A stretch of 64,000 bases of DNA, taken from assembly GCA_977030845.1 (NCBI GenBank), contig OZ365109.1:62062001-62126000 (forward strand), read 5' to 3'. The translations under genes and the position numbers were made by a program. The DNA is from Fimbriosthenelais zetlandica (Eukaryota). How positions within the stretch are numbered: position 1 is the stretch's first letter; each line of letters starts with the position of its first letter. The notes under the pieces were generated by a model. The model saw nothing but the letters and a program-made list of their open reading frames with translations, had not been told where the DNA came from and ran no database searches. Positions 1 through 15,336 of this stretch are shown one piece after another.

Positions 1-3000
1 AGCTGGCCATGCGTCTATTGTACCAGGATGAAATGTGGTGGAGGAACCCTAGTGAATCCTCAATAGGGTATAAATTGGGTATTCCGATGGCACCCTGCCT
101 TATATGGCAAACTAACCAGTAATCATCCTGACTCCAGCAGGAGAAAATACAGACGTAAATAACACTGAATGTAATGGTTGAAAAGATCAAATATATTAAT
201 ACTGAGGTTTTATGGTAAACATCAGAAAATAGACATGGGAGGAGTCAGCTTGATTGATCGATGAGTCTTTGGATCTAAATATATAACAAATGAAATAGCG
301 AATCACTTTGAAACACAGAAGGTGGCTGATGTATGAACTGCTACAATTGGCAGTTATGCCATCGACTTCAGAAACAGTGAATGACAAGAACATGGCCTCT
401 CTATAACCTGAACTGTGAACTTCTCCAAGGTGTGTCAAAGCCAATAATGAAATCCTATTTTCCTCTAGAGCTCAGCTGCCACTCCCCTGAGCTTTTAGAG
501 AGGTATGGGATTTTAGGCAGTAATTTTAATGGATCTAATCCCATTCTGGAGTGACCTTGCTCCGGGATGGCATGCCGAATCTTGGTGTGTTTGGCAGGAA
601 CCACAGGGGTCTTGATATCACCAATCACGTGGCTGCTACCGCCGCCGTGAATATGACATCCGGTTAAGGGGCGGGTACCCTCGATCACTCTTGAGGCCTT
701 TCCAGAAATAGGTCTCACGCGAACCTTAGAATCATAGCCTTATCAAGAAAATGTATATGAATTGCATTTGCTGCAGTGCCCTTTTGGACTTGGAAGGAAT
801 GGAGGCAGCCACGCCCGGGGACTGAAGCTCTTGCTGGGGTTGAGTAATTCTCGGTGACTCAGCTTGCCTTCTTTTTACAATGTTAAGAGAGGAGGATAAA
901 GAGATTGCTCTCTGTGTCTAGAGTAAGCCTTTAGCATGCCCTGGAGTACACAGCATTATAGTTCACAGCACCATAAGATAAATGAGAGAAAACTACTACT
1001 GCAAGTGAATTACAATCCATTACATTGATAAGTCTTTTCTTCTAAAATGGTTGGCCAATATTTTAGTCTTTATGCCTGCAAGGTTTCCGGCAATGAAAAA
1101 AGAAGTTTAAAAGAAAACTTAATATAATGTCTATAGACACCCCTGTATTTAAGATAAGAACATCCTGATTTCCCACCATAACTTTGCTCCCATTTATATA
1201 CTTTGCAAACCTGAAAATTTGACGGGGCTCTGGGGCCTCAGTGTCTAATCAATTTTTCCACTCAGTGAATAAGGGAGAAAGCTCCAGAGAGCATCCATAG
1301 AGGCTAAGATTTTTGGCTGGTGAATACTGGAACCTTGCCTGGACTCCCTTGATAAGGTATCAACTGAATAAAGCCCCGCCTTGAGTGGGCCTAAGACAGG
1401 GACGTCTTGGCCAAATCAGTAAACACGATTGCATTTCAGTCAGTGGATGATCGGAGGGCTGAGCAAATGCTTGTGTGAAGGTAGCAACTGTTGGGCCATA
1501 GTGATAGGAACCACTGGGGAGCAATCTCTCGATGGTAGTCCAATAAAGCCAGGCCCAAGAGGTTTGGATATTATCAAGCTTCATGATGGGGGATGATAAT
1601 GGCTTGATGAAATCAGGGTTGGTTATGAATGACAATGCATTCATCATGATCCATATTAGGCTGGTAGCAGGAGACCTGTTATGTATCAATCTGAGGCTGG
1701 GGTGACATCAAAGCCTCTCTACCAGAAAGAAGTATGGGTATAGTACCTCATTAGCTTCCAGTCTGTCAATTCTTTCTTCTCCATCTTCCAAGGACACAGG
1801 ATGGCAAACATCCTGAAACCTCTTTCCTGGATTTTATTAATTTTTGTTCAACGAGGACATGAAGCGAGTCCCCGAAAAGGTTTTGTCTGTAGTTTAGGGG
1901 ACTGTCACCGCTGTATTATTTGACATTCCTTCTTGCCTTTGGAGTCAATTTACAGATAATTTCCTAGAACAAACATCAATTACAACTGATTATAGTAACT
2001 GTTACATGTATATAGATAAAGTTGATACTCTTCAAATTTCCTGCCATGACCAAATCTTGACCCTGCAGGCAGGAACCCTGTTCCTCGTGTTACTGGAACC
2101 TGTGTGATTACATGAGGGTCAATCAAGCTGCCCCTGATCAATCATGGGCTAAGTAAATTATCGATGTTGATTTAGCATCAATCTTGGCATTATTACAAAC
2201 ACTGCCAATCAATCATCCCTTGTATATTGCAATTGGTGAACGCCAATGTAAGAGCATGGGACTGTATTGTGAATGAACAAGGATTACATGATTGTGCCCA
2301 GACCCCAATTCACTGGCCCTATTCGAAGTTCATTCTAAAGAACATAATAACCTGCCAATTGTCGCATTTTCCCTGGTGATGTATTTTCCATGAACTGGCT
2401 GTGATATAAATTGATTGGTTCTTATATACTCAGATTGATCAAGCTTTTCTCCTCGTGATCATGTTTTCTCCTCGTGCGATATTTCTGATTTTCATTATTC
2501 AACAGTTCATGTTTTTGATTCATCTGCTGTTGATTCATTAAAATGCTATTAGTGGATTAAATTACACGTTATCTATACACATTCCGTATATGAAGCATTG
2601 AGGGGAAACGTCAGTGTAGTCCGTGCTAGCATGTTTTGTAGACATTTCTGCCGGTCTTTTTGTTAAATGGGAGTTCAAGTTAATTATCCACTCGAGCAGC
2701 GGCCGGTGTAATTGCTGCGTAATCATGGCGGAGCTTCATTAATTGAAAACGATGTGCAGATCGCCATTATATTTAACTTGTTTGACAAGGTGCATGTATG
2801 GGATTGTTCTCATTAAGAAGCACGGCACCCTCTGGGGAAAAAGAGATCTATTCATGCCTGATGGGACAATGCACTCTTTACTTTTTTTTCCATGGATATT
2901 TCATGCCTTATTCTTTATTAAATTCTGTTATAAGGTAGTTTTTCACGTGATATTGCCTCATATCAAGATTCATCCTCCTCTGTGGGGTAAACATGGAGAT

Positions 3001-6000
3001 ATTTTGCCAGGCTGGTGGCATGAGCATCCAGTATAATATAGTGATATTTCATCCCTCCACTGTCAATGAACATCATGTATATAGGCCTATACCAGTTTCA
3101 CGACTACAGCAATAATTAAGTGTGCGATAACCATGAATTACCCGACAACAGTCATTTAGACCTATTTAGACAAAGTACATTTAGACACATCAAGGTAATA
3201 TGCATGGACGTAAACCTGAGCCCATGTCTTAATATATGCTTGCTCAAAATTAATTTTGACAAATTTGTCGGGCCTATTAAAATTAAATTAAATTGAAATT
3301 GTGAAACAGGTGAGATATAGACGTGTGGTCCTTGAAGCACTATAGATGTGTGGTCCATATAATTTTAATAGTTTTGTTATTACACACGTTCTTCATTTGG
3401 GAAACCCGTATTATAGCCTTCATCTTTGTGATATCGGCATAAAATACTAATGGTATAATGGACATAAAAAAAATACTGGTGGGCATTTCTATTCAGCAAG
3501 AAATTATATCTAGACAATAGGATCTTGGTTCTGATCCTATAGCCTATTTAGATTCCATCCACGTCTGATCGTTTACAATAATTGAAACACCGAGATCAGA
3601 ATTAATTCCGATTCTAATTTCTAGGTAAATTAACTTATTTTTGTCTGAAATGGTAACGAGGGGAATCTCTCCTTGCATATTTCTTTTCAATTTTTTGGGG
3701 GGGATTTTGGTTTAGGAAAAATAAAATACATGCGGGCCTTCTTGTTAATTTGGGATATTTGGCAGAGGCCTTTTAGGACTTGCCCAAGTACCATGAAATT
3801 GTTTCCATGTTACTAAGTGTAAAAAACCATAATATTTGAGCAGGAATCAACTCCGTCAATATTCGATCGGCAGAGTTGTATCCAGAGGTGCTCAACAGAA
3901 AAAGAGAAAAAGTTCCCCTTGTCCCATGAATATGACTTGGCACCATCACATTATGTTGTGAAAGAAGAGAAGTTACAGCATGTACCTCGATCTACTCTCT
4001 CTGGCGAAAAAATATTATCCAGTTTTTAAACATAGGCGTACAGGTCGATATTTTAAACTATAGGGTGGATAATTATCAATGACAGAGCTACACAGCTAGG
4101 TGTCTGATTTGCCAATATGTATGTAGTTATGAGTCCAATGGAAACTTTTCAGTACAAAATGTATTAGTCCAGATTCAGTATGGACCAATAAGCTCTTTAA
4201 TATTGGGTATATATGAGGATCTGGGTGGATTTTATAGATACCATTACATCTTACATCCTATCGAAGACTAGAGACTACAGGATTACAGAAAAAAACATTC
4301 AGCGTTATCATCTATAACATTCAACAATTAATGACAAAATATTGATTTGAAAAATTAAATGCGTGTTCTGTTAGGTCCATGATAGGGGAGCAAGGAGAAA
4401 ATGTGCGGATAAATGAATGAGAGTATAATGTGCCGGAGGAAGGATAATGAGATAAGAGATTAGTGTGTCACCTCCTGTTGATAACAGGGTCGTCCGACTC
4501 CACCTCCTCTGGAATGGGATGAACGCGCGAGTTACCATGGTGAACCACACCCTCGGCAATTCTTCTCTTCCTCCTCTTCTTCTCAGCGCCCTGTAACTTG
4601 AGGCTCATCTCCCCATCAGATTTACTCCTGCTCAGCTTCTTTGGCCTCATCTTCTTGTTGTTTGGGGCAGCTGCAGTCACCGATGACATGGGGAAGGATG
4701 AAGGGTATGAGGCAGCTTAATAACAGCCCAATGCACACATACATAAAGGCTTCATATTTGACGCCATCTAGGCCTATATATAGCAGGCCACAGCAGGAGC
4801 AAGTCAAGGATATGCAAACCCAGATAATCTCAGGAAAGGGAAACCCTACTTTTCCTATCCAGCCAAATGATTTTCATTTGCACTGAAGCAGCCTGTAGCA
4901 GCCCAATGCACACTGCAAAATCCATGTCTTTTGATGTGCAATGGCCCTGAGGCAAATAGTTATAGGTTCTTGAAGCACACGCTTGAATAAGCAGTGACAT
5001 ATGGAACAGATTATTGAGATTCCCAAAGGGGAAATGACACTGTCCTGCTAATGCCGAAAATTGTGAAAGGTAATCCTTGAAGGAGGATGTTCCTAATCCA
5101 ATGTAATGCCATTCAGGGAATCTGCCTCAAATGGCTGTGGCAAGCCAGACACAGTGTTATTACTTGATCCATGGCATCCAGCATGGAAATGAGGAGCCTT
5201 CTGTTTTTTTAGCCTTCTGGTTTTTAACATGCATACTTGTAAAAGACACTTCTGAAATCTGTCTAAATGGATTTAGTCCTTGGTTGCAGGGAAAGCTCAG
5301 GTGGGCAGTGTGTATACCTATACGACCATGACACTCAGGTAGATATATCACCTTGGCTGAGATAAGCAAGGTCTTTCCATGGGTCCTACTTTTCAGTTTT
5401 TGCTTGTTTGGTGGAATGCATCCATGATAACAAATGTTCTGTGCATGTCAATCGGAAGAGATCCTATTATTAGCTTGAATGTTTCCTTTGCTATGGTTGA
5501 ATTCAGCTGTTACTCTGAATTGAAGGTGTGTATGTGAGGCAGGCAAGAGTGAAAACTCTCCACTGATGGCTGCTCCAGCAGCAAGCACTCCTCCTCCTCC
5601 TGCTGGTGTTGATTGCACCGCAGCAAACCTACTGCTTTTGCTACAACTACAACTGCTTCTGCTCCTGCTTCTGCTTCAACTGCTGCTTATGGCATGACTG
5701 TGTCAGCATGCATGCGGACACAGTTGAGTGTCATAGGGCCCTGGGTACAGTGGAGCAGAACACACTGTCATTGCATGTACATATACTCCCTATAACTCCC
5801 CCCTACCTCTCTCCCCCTCCTATAAGCTGCTGGAGGGCATCACCTTATTCACTCCATCCTGCAGCTTCCCTTCCACCTCCCACTGGCAACTTGTTCTCAC
5901 TCACTCTAGAACCTTGTTCACCTTGGGACAACTCAAGCATTCCATCCATCACTGCGGGCATGATGGCCTTTCCCCACCTACAACCTTAAACCTGCATTCC

Positions 6001-8449
6001 AAGCTTTTGTGCCTTACACAGTAAGAGATATAGAGGGCCGTGTGGGTATAGGTGGACGCTGGTAGGGATAACAGAGGCAATGAGAAGATAAATCAGGGTC
6101 CATTGTATAAAAACGCCCACCACAATCCTCAGTTATTCCACTGCGCAAGTATATAATATAATTAATTATATCTTTTATTCATGTTGGCAGGCTGTTCATG
6201 CAATCTAAGACATCCCATTTGTTCATGCATTAAACATCCCTATTGACCATTTAAGGTAAAGATGTTGCCTGGGTAATGAGCTAATGCCCTATACATGTAT
6301 GTTCAATATGATATTCGGATATATTCCTAGCTTAGATAAGTATGTACATGTATACGACGGTTTTCCATGCCTAAGTCTGCATAGCAAAACGGTATAAACT
6401 TTTGGTAGGTGTGAACAGACGAAAACTTAAGTCCAGTCTATTTTTTCACGTTAAAGTCATGTTATACTATTCTATCTATCCCTATATATGTCCATTAATG
6501 ACTGAATAGGTCAAATACTTTTCTTTATATATAGTCAAACCATAATGATCCATTATATGTTAAACACTTTGCGAACTTAGATATTCCATAATTGCCTCTT
6601 CCTAAAAGCCCCAATTATTGATTCACGCTGATATCTTGAAATTCAGTGCATGTTCCACTCGGATGGCATGATAAACATTTCACTTGCATGCAAAAACTTC
6701 ACTACCCGTTGCAGCTCAGGGACCAACCCAATGCTGACATGACAAATTTTAGGATGATGGTAACACAATACCACAATGCAATCGATGTTATTTATTCAGG
6801 AGGTCTATGATAATGGCAATGGTCCGCCTAACAAGCCAAACCCATATTCCTATATGTTTACTTATTGAAAATACAGAATCAATTAGGTCATCATAAATAA
6901 ACAGCCCCAAAATACAGGTAAAGCCTGGGTTTAGCTTGGAGGCCCGAGAATAAACAGTTTGCACGTGTTCACCAGGCCAAATACGATGGTCAATGCTTTA
7001 AACAATTGACCCTTCACAAACACTATCTTTGCTAAGCGATGAGCCTAACGACCGCTATGCACATTCAATATGTGCATTCTAAGGCAGGGGATGTTGCATG
7101 ACAAAAACCATCATACCTATATACTGCGATATATAAGGGTCATAGGCTCACGGGGCACAATGTATGTGGCAGATTTTTTTTCTGTTTTTCTTTAGTAACC
7201 CATGTTATTTAAAAACCTGACAATTATATACAAAATTGACCCTGACACTTTCAATTATTTATAGGGTGTCTATACACTGTTGCTCTTGCATACCTTTTTT
7301 ATGGAACGCACCCAAGCTATGGATCCCTTTTCCTGTCGCCATACAAGCTCATCAGTATAGGTGGATGGGTGATCGATTGTCAGTGTAATCGGCAGCCTTT
7401 CTCACATACAGCTCCTAAGGCAGTATAAGGAAATTAGTAAAATGTATGACGCCATAGAAAGTGTTTTCACTGCATAGAAGACTGTGACTTACTTTGGCTT
7501 GGGAACGTTGGGTGGTGCCTACAAAGATGAGCCAGCGGGGAATTGAACTGAGATGCTCATTTACCCATCACTGCTATTTTAGGTGTGGATGTAAATCATT
7601 TTCTTATAGAGTTGGGATGATTCAGAAGATGTAAGAGTGTTCTTGCTTTACTGTCTTTGTTCTCCAAAGCAACAAGCGGGGAGGATGGGGAAGAACCAAC
7701 TAGAGCTGACAGTAGGTAGTTACAAAGAAAGTGATGGTCCTGTGAAAAAAAACTAGTAGGCGCCCATTACCTGCTCGCCTAAAGTTACAGCTTACCTGTA
7801 TGGGAATAGCAAAACATCTTAACTGAACTTGATTTGGACTTAAATTTAATATTTCAGCCAAACAAAACCAATTATTTTTATATTTATAGTTCTAATAATC
7901 ATATCATATGAATGAATTAACTACAAAAGTGTCATTCTATATTAACAGCTTTAAAAACCGAAGATTTCCAAACGGGTCTGCTTCTGATTAGGAATTGATT
8001 TTATATTTTAGTATAAACCCCGTAACCATTAGTTCTGTTAATTAGGGGGGGGGCCTCATGAATAAATTGATCGAGCAAAAGGAAATGCAATATGATGAGA
8101 AATGTACTCTCCCTGGGCAGTAGATGTTTTAATATTTTCGAATTTCATACAGTTGCAGAATGTTACCAGGAGTGTTCATCCACAAGGCAAATCAATACCC
8201 ATTTGTGGTGCGATGAATGAAACATCAAAGGTGTTCTACATGAAGGCCACGCATTTAAATTTTAAGTTGGAGACGTACTATGGCTATACACTTTGAACAA
8301 ACATTGGGTAATTCATGGCCATAATGATATTTCTGTTTGAGGAAAGAATTGGCTTGGGGCAGCAGAGTATCATGATCTAGATCACAAAGTCAGCCTCTCA
8401 AGTTTCACTATAAGATAATTAGGAATTCTACACCAAGGCGACCAGGGAC

Positions 8450-8502
8450 CTGTTTCAAAAGGAACATTAGCAATGCTATGGCTACAATTCGTTTTGAAAC
8501 AG
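8450..8502. repeat. Short palindromic element (mini-MITE-like hairpin)
   Basis: CTGTTTCAAAA (8450-8460) and TTTTGAAACAG (8492-8502) are perfect inverted repeats. Related heads occur at about 17506 and 16372. Confidence 0.55.
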
Positions 8503-11500
8503 CTCATGCCCACACCCACACCAACAGTCTCCACTATAGATTTATATTTTCCAGTCGCCGATACAGAAGGGTCCAGTTTTATGCAAATTGTCCCTTGAAG
8601 ATGTGACCAAGGATTCTGCACTGCGTCAGTCTCTAACGTATATAGTGCACGAAGGCCAGTCTGACATGCAACCCAATGTATGATTGCATACAAGTCTCTT
8701 AAGTTTCTGATTGAATTAATGAGTACAGTACAGACTGTGATTGCGTCTCTGACGTCATAATGCATGGGGCCAGTTTCCTGCAAATTGGCCCAGTCCCCAG
8801 CGGACTGTGACCGGTTTCTGACTGAACGGGCCCACACAGTTTCCTGCAGATTTGGGTACTCCCTCCTGAATACGGGATCCCGTGCAGAGCAGATTGGGTC
8901 CAGTTTCCTACTGACTGTGCCATGAAATACGACACTAACCATGAAAACCAAGGCTGACAGATTGCATTTAATATATAAAGAGGAAAGCAGGAATTCCTGT
9001 CATGACTTCCTCCACTCCCTAACATGCGATTCATCATTATATGCATTAGTTATAAACGCTGGGTTTTCTCCTTTCCCGGGCCATTCCTGGGTAACAGCTG
9101 GGAAATTTTACTGACTACATTGCGGCCAATACTAATGTGATCACTACAGGCTTTTAATGGAGAGATCCGCTTCACAGTTGTAGCTAAGATCCCCATGTGT
9201 ATCACATTGCATGCAAAATAAAAACTAATGAGAAAGCAGGAACCATTAGCAGTTAAAGAAACATTTTTATCATTAAAATTAATGTTTGCAAATGGCTGGA
9301 GTAATTGTGCGTATTGTGCAAAACAGATAGGTTTGTTCAAGGGCAGAATTCGAGACACGAATGAGATGGCAGTAACATGCCGATGGGCAGTCTTATATCA
9401 TAAGAACAATTTTCTTTATCCGTCTTATAAGGATCTGAGATCAAATGGCAAGTACTGACTGAGGGTTGAAAATATTATTTCTGTCACCATCATGCATGTA
9501 TGTAGTTTTTATAATGAAGGTTGTACAAAATCCTTAATATATTTGGGTTTTATCATACCCAAAGTTTTTAAAAAGTTAAGTTCATACCTGTGGCTGCTCC
9601 AGCAACCCATCAACATTCCAGTCACTAAACAAACACCCCATTCTCTTACACAAATACAGGCACTATGCATGGCTTTACCACTGCCCCAGTTGCCTCCCTG
9701 GTAACGGAATATAACAGGTGTGCTCAGTCGAAAATCAGGGGTTTGTCTCATACAAAATACCCTACAATGTCCATACAATGTCAAATCTACTAGAAAATGG
9801 ACTTTCTGGAACAGACCCCAGAGCAAGGAAATGGGCGGGAAGGACAGGAGTTTACAGTGCACTAAAAGCTGCATGAACAAAGATTCCATATATAGAACCA
9901 AGAGTCCCTCTAGACTTCCCCTAGGCTAAGAGACTCTAGACTTTCCCTAAGAGGTAAAACTAAAATAGGCTTTTATATCCTAACTGGTCTATTATAGCAG
10001 CATAGATGGACAAGCTTTTACTATTTCAGGTGTATAATTAAGTACTATAACACCAACAACACCTTCCCATCAAGTATGTAGGTTGAATGTTGATTATTCC
10101 TACGACTCCAAACTTATTTAAGAGAACCAGCGACTGGACGCCCACGTTCAAAGTGGAACAATGTTGACAAACTACTCCTGGGCGGACAGGAGACAAAGGT
10201 ATATTGGACTTTGGTCCCCGGCTCTGTTTGGGCTCAACAAAGATATTACACGTCAGATTCACATAGCCACGTGGTATCATGCGGCAGACCCGATATGTTC
10301 TTTCTGAGTAACAAGTCACACATTTAGACAAATACATACATTTACCCTGGTTATCAGATTGAAACTGGCATTTGTTTAAACTTGACGGGATAAATGCATG
10401 GGAGTTGAACGAACACAATGAAAAGAATATATCCAATCACAATAATTCCTTTCAATTTTCAGCAGATTGAGATAATTATTTGTATGCTGAATACAAAAGC
10501 AATAGAAAATTGGGTATCCACGACATTGGTTTTGAATCAAATGAATATTGACACCCCTCAAATGCAATAAGGAAGTCTATGAGAAAATCCCAATTATAAC
10601 CTGCAAGTTGCATGGTTACTCCAGCTCCCTACAGAGTGGAGGTGCGTTCCACTACCATATATGTATCCTGTTATGGCATTTTGGGACAGTTTTGTAATTA
10701 TGTTTTGTCTTTAGCTCTGAGCATTGACTAAAATAGCACAATTTAGTAAACTAGTACATGGAGAATTATAGGACTACCTGGTTGATGCCCAAAGGCAATA
10801 TAGCACTAAGCCTATATAGGGGTAAAGGACGTATGCATTTATCCGTCATAGAACTTAGAAGACCATAATAGAACTCGCCCACCTCTCCTCCAGGCTTCCC
10901 GGTTATTATAGGGAGCTTCATTTTTCCGTTTCCCGCCCTAAGACTCAATACCATATCATTCACCTGAAGCCTGGGCGATATGTACATGGAAGTGACATCC
11001 CATAACCAAAGGTATCAATGCACTCCTAAAAGTCTTACTGTTGAATTTCAGTAAGTCTCCGTAAGTTGGTTGATCAGCGCCATGATTGTCTAAATTAGCA
11101 AAATAAACCTTTGCTTGAGACTAAGCAAGTGGTAAAACCCCTACACAGTCCAAGCACTGTGTAGGGAGGCAATGAAAATGCTTTTGACAGCTTGGTGATT
11201 GGACAGGTGAAACAGCATAAAAACCTGCGATTGAGCTGAGGCTCGATCTAACCAACTCTGCTAATATAACTAAATATTATTCATTTTACACTAATTGTCT
11301 GCAAGGACAGGTGAAACTCATTCCGAGAAAGCTGTGAATGAGCCAAATACCTAATTAGATATTTATTTTATAGTCATGTACACAATGTACTGCAATTATT
11401 TATTACTGAGTTTATATTTATTTAGATGGCAATATCTTATGAAGTTTAGATGCCTTGGAGTCCCTAAATATAGAGGGGACATCATCACTATTGCCACTGA

Positions 11501-12847
11501 ACTGATATCGCAAAATTATAGGTGATAGTCTTAACCATATCATGCATGTACATGTTTATTTTTCTACATGATTATTTTTCTAGCTTTAAGATAAGAATTG
11601 CTATTAAAGTTTACATACACACTTAGTGTGTATTCAATATAGAATTCAAGGTTCAAATGTTCAATATTGCAAGTGAGTTGCCCCGATTATTATCTTTTAA
11701 ATCGACTTGAAATCTTATGATAACAATTTCGAGGACTTCCTTAGCCGGCGACACACCGCCATGACCATGACTCAGAGACTGTCCTTGAATGTGACAGCCC
11801 TTGAAACTAGACCCTCCCTACCTTATCACGTAATCTTCTCCCCTCAAAATATGTACACATACAACATATATGTCGCCTTGTTCATTCAGTTAAATTCCTA
11901 TGGCAACAACATAAAACAGTTCAATTTTCTAATATAAGGGGGCTTGAGTTAAGGACATTGGTAATAAGATAAATCAAGATTAATTAAAACGATTTTGAAA
12001 CATGACTTGAAAATATTAAAACGTATTAAAAGGATATGAATGTCTAGGTATAAAGTTATCATCCAGTTTGACTAATACCGTGGTATGCAAATAATCCATA
12101 GAGACGGACCAGTCAGGCAACGCATAAAACAGTCAATGCAGGTGGCGTGAACACCAGCATTTCCCTCATTGGTTAATATAACTTTATCACCAGATGAGGA
12201 GAGATCTTGTGTTGTCAGTTGTATTTTGAAAATACAGCATGTAGTCCGTGAACTCGTAATAATTCACGCTGTAATAAATATGTTCAGAAGCTTACAAAGA
12301 AGGATTTTACACTTCCTGGTAGCATATCGGTTTGTTTACAAAATTATTTTTGGATAAAGCTATTTTTGGATTTCACCTATTTCTAGGCACAGTAGCTTAC
12401 AATGTAGGCCTACATTACGTGATCTGCCTTATTCAGATCTAATCCAATTATAATTACCAAATATGTAATATGAATTCATAAAACACTGCCAAGACACCTC
12501 AAGAGAAGATTAGTGTTTTTTCAACCAAAAGTGTTGTTAATCCCTAGGATTAGTATAGGGGGTGAATATGACATATTATTTCCAGTATTTGCCCTAGGGA
12601 AATAGAAGTTGACCAGTTTTCTGTAACATTAATTTGCAATGGGAATACACCGATTTTTGTGGTATTTTTGTTGGTTGGAGTGGAATAAATATAGAACTGA
12701 ATACTACCATCCAGACCTGTCCTAGGTCAGTTCTATCTATTTCCCCAGGATTTGGAGTATTACTAACGGGAAAATAATTATGCTGCAAAAAATCGCTGAT
12801 ATGCATATTAATAATTTGGATATTTATCGTTTTTGTCAGACACTCAC

Positions 12848-13037
12848 CGAATACGTATCCGTTTCATCTTAAGACTGCTGACGGCAATCTTGAACCTGGG
12901 TGATATTTTCAGAATTCTGAAAATACTCCCAAATGAGGAGCCGTTTTGATCCTTAACTGGTAAGTCCGTCCAAGTCATTCGAAGGAACTTCCAAACATTA
13001 ACACGCTTTCGATCATTTCTCTGCTCATGCAAATGTG
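12848..13037 (-). other. Candidate exon (190 nt), one open frame
   Basis: Acceptor TAATTCTTATCAG and donor TCG|GTGAGT. The open frame reads HLHEQRNDRKRVNVWKFLRMTWTDLPVKDQNG..., which I do not recognise. Confidence 0.4.
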
Positions 13038-15201
13038 CTGATAAGAATTATTAGGTGTCTCAGGTAAACTACATGTGATTTATTCTCTTTGGGCTAAGCG
13101 GTCAATGCAGACGCCAGCAGGCAGATGCTTGTAATCTTAGATAAGTTTGTGTACACTTAGAGATAAGAGGCAAGAACGGAAACTAGGGGGTGGTACAAAC
13201 CTTGAGGGAGATCACACTTCGAGCATATCATTTTTTTCATATTATATTATTTTCTCTATGCTACCTGTCATGACCCGCCAGCTTTTAAATAATGTAGTGG
13301 ATATAAATTATATGCCAGGAAATAATTCCTACGTTAGAGAAAACATTATTTCTTTATCACATACATGTATTAGACAACTTTGAAGTTGGTACTACACTAA
13401 CAACTCTAGATTAATTCATGAAATAATATAATTTTTTCTAATACGAGGAAATAGACAGAGAATTTCCTGCATTATTCAATATCATACAATTATATGGGAA
13501 GTGTATCAGGAAGAACCAACTATTATAATATGAAGCATCTCTTTGTACGGCAGTTTCCAATCCTACCTGCCAATCCTTGGTTACGGGGCGACCGATAGAA
13601 TACCAGAGAGTTTTTTAAATACAAAATTTTGTGGGAAAAATGGATATAATAAAAAAATTGACGCAAGACGATGGAAATAAATATTTGATCCTCATTGAAG
13701 GGTGGAATAAATATTTCGAGCCCGTCTTGCCATGAAATAAATAAAGCTTTCCATTTCCATTTTGAAATTTAAAAAAAAATGGCCAAACAAAAACCTCAGC
13801 CCCCGCCCGCTTGTAAGGCAAGGTGTGTACCCATAATTATATCGATAAGCATAAAGGGGTCATGTCCGGTAAGATAGCAACATCTGTATGTAAAATATCA
13901 TCTTGATTACTAATATTAATGACCTAGTTTAAAAGGATTGACCTTAAGATAAGTTATTGATATTGCTGAGAAAATCCTGATAATATCCTATGAAGTCAGG
14001 AAAATATTTCTTTCAAGTGTATGTAGAGGTAACTACGTGATGAATAATGAAGCTGAGAAATAAGAAAATAATTCTGCCTTTTTAGATATTTTCATACTGA
14101 TCTGCCGCAATTAAAGAAATATATGGGCCTTGAACAACACAGCTTATGGCGGTTGAAGAATGATTCATTGGACTTTGTCATCATTGGAGCAGGGCGTTTT
14201 CTCGCCGTCTTTATCACACTTTGGACTTTACACTCTGCCGGTAAATTTGGCGCCAATTATTTTACTAATGAAATAACGTTAGGTAGATATCAGTCACTCT
14301 TAATCATCATGTATCAGAAAGATGGATCAAAGAAATATTGATTTGCTTGTCATTTTGGAATCAAGTGTGTTGTTTAGGGTAGAAAAACATACAATGTCAT
14401 GACATACATGTTTACATGTGTACAGGTCTAGAGATAAATGGCTGAAAATATAAAATTTACAAATGTATATTAATTTAATAATTATATTATATTACATAGC
14501 GAATAAATCTATAAACATGGCGTATCATTATTTCTTTCCAATTTGGTTTCAATGTCTGAACTCAGGCCAGGAATACAAAATATTAAGAGAAGAAATATTA
14601 TCACAGATATGTGATAATCAATTAGCAGAAATGGACCTAAATTATTTTAATGTGATATTTTTATGTTATTTCTTATAAAAATGTGATAAGAACTATTTGA
14701 ATATGACTAAAATAGTCATCGAAGATCATTCAAAAAGTTGCGGATGTAAAGGCATTAGCTATAGAGTGGATGAGGGCATCCTAGACGTTCATATCAATAG
14801 ATTGTACCGTAATTGATCACTGGCGCATAAAATAGATAAATAATGTAGATACAGATGACACATGAAATCAATGATGAATTCATGGCAGGTTATTCACGTG
14901 AATTGATTGCAAACCTAAAGTTATAGTCATACATTGGTGACCATAATATTGTGATGGGTTTGGCTAAGAATTATCAATGCCTCACATACTATTATAGGCC
15001 AGTACAGGTAAAATACAGGTGCGAGACTTCCCTAACAATAATTTCTGTCAACGTAAATAATTTCGTAAATAATTATAATCCTTTGTCATATTAATGTTAT
15101 ATCTTATTCTGCACTTCATTATCATATGAATCCCAATAAGAAAAACACTTTTTATATACTTGATTTTTATATCCATTGGGTATCCAAGGATCAAGACTGT
15201 T

Positions 15202-15336
15202 CAGGGGAAAATCCAAGAATTTGGAAGGACGGGGGCCAGCCTTACGACCGCAAAATCATTCCTATTTCGCTAAAAAAAAAATATCATTTCTGAAACGGGG
15301 GGGGGGGGGGTTCTGACTCCCGTGGATACGACCTTG
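15202..15336. repeat. Small dispersed repeat with degenerate inverted ends and an internal poly-G tract
   Basis: CAGGGGAAAATCCA and TGGATACGACCTTG pair at 9/14 positions. Similar GGATCCAGAATTTT/GGCGGATTAAGTTTT heads occur at about 62322 and 42362. Confidence 0.45.

Noticed and set aside
1-2100. LINE ORF1/RT remnant (EERIDRLE at about 1.77 kb; EV...DGIT at about 0.36 kb), and an RTE-like stretch at 18.8-19.5 kb
   Set aside because: The motif resemblance is too weak and fragmentary to call without a profile search.
7500-7590. tRNA gene (B-box GTTCAATTCCCC on the minus strand); also isolated boxes at about 36316 and 43107
   Set aside because: No cloverleaf and no properly paired A and B boxes. 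At most a SINE head relic.
8382-9046. 189-aa and 115-aa minus-strand ORFs
   Set aside because: No recognisable domain or splice context. They overlap internally repetitive CAGTTTCCT-type sequence.
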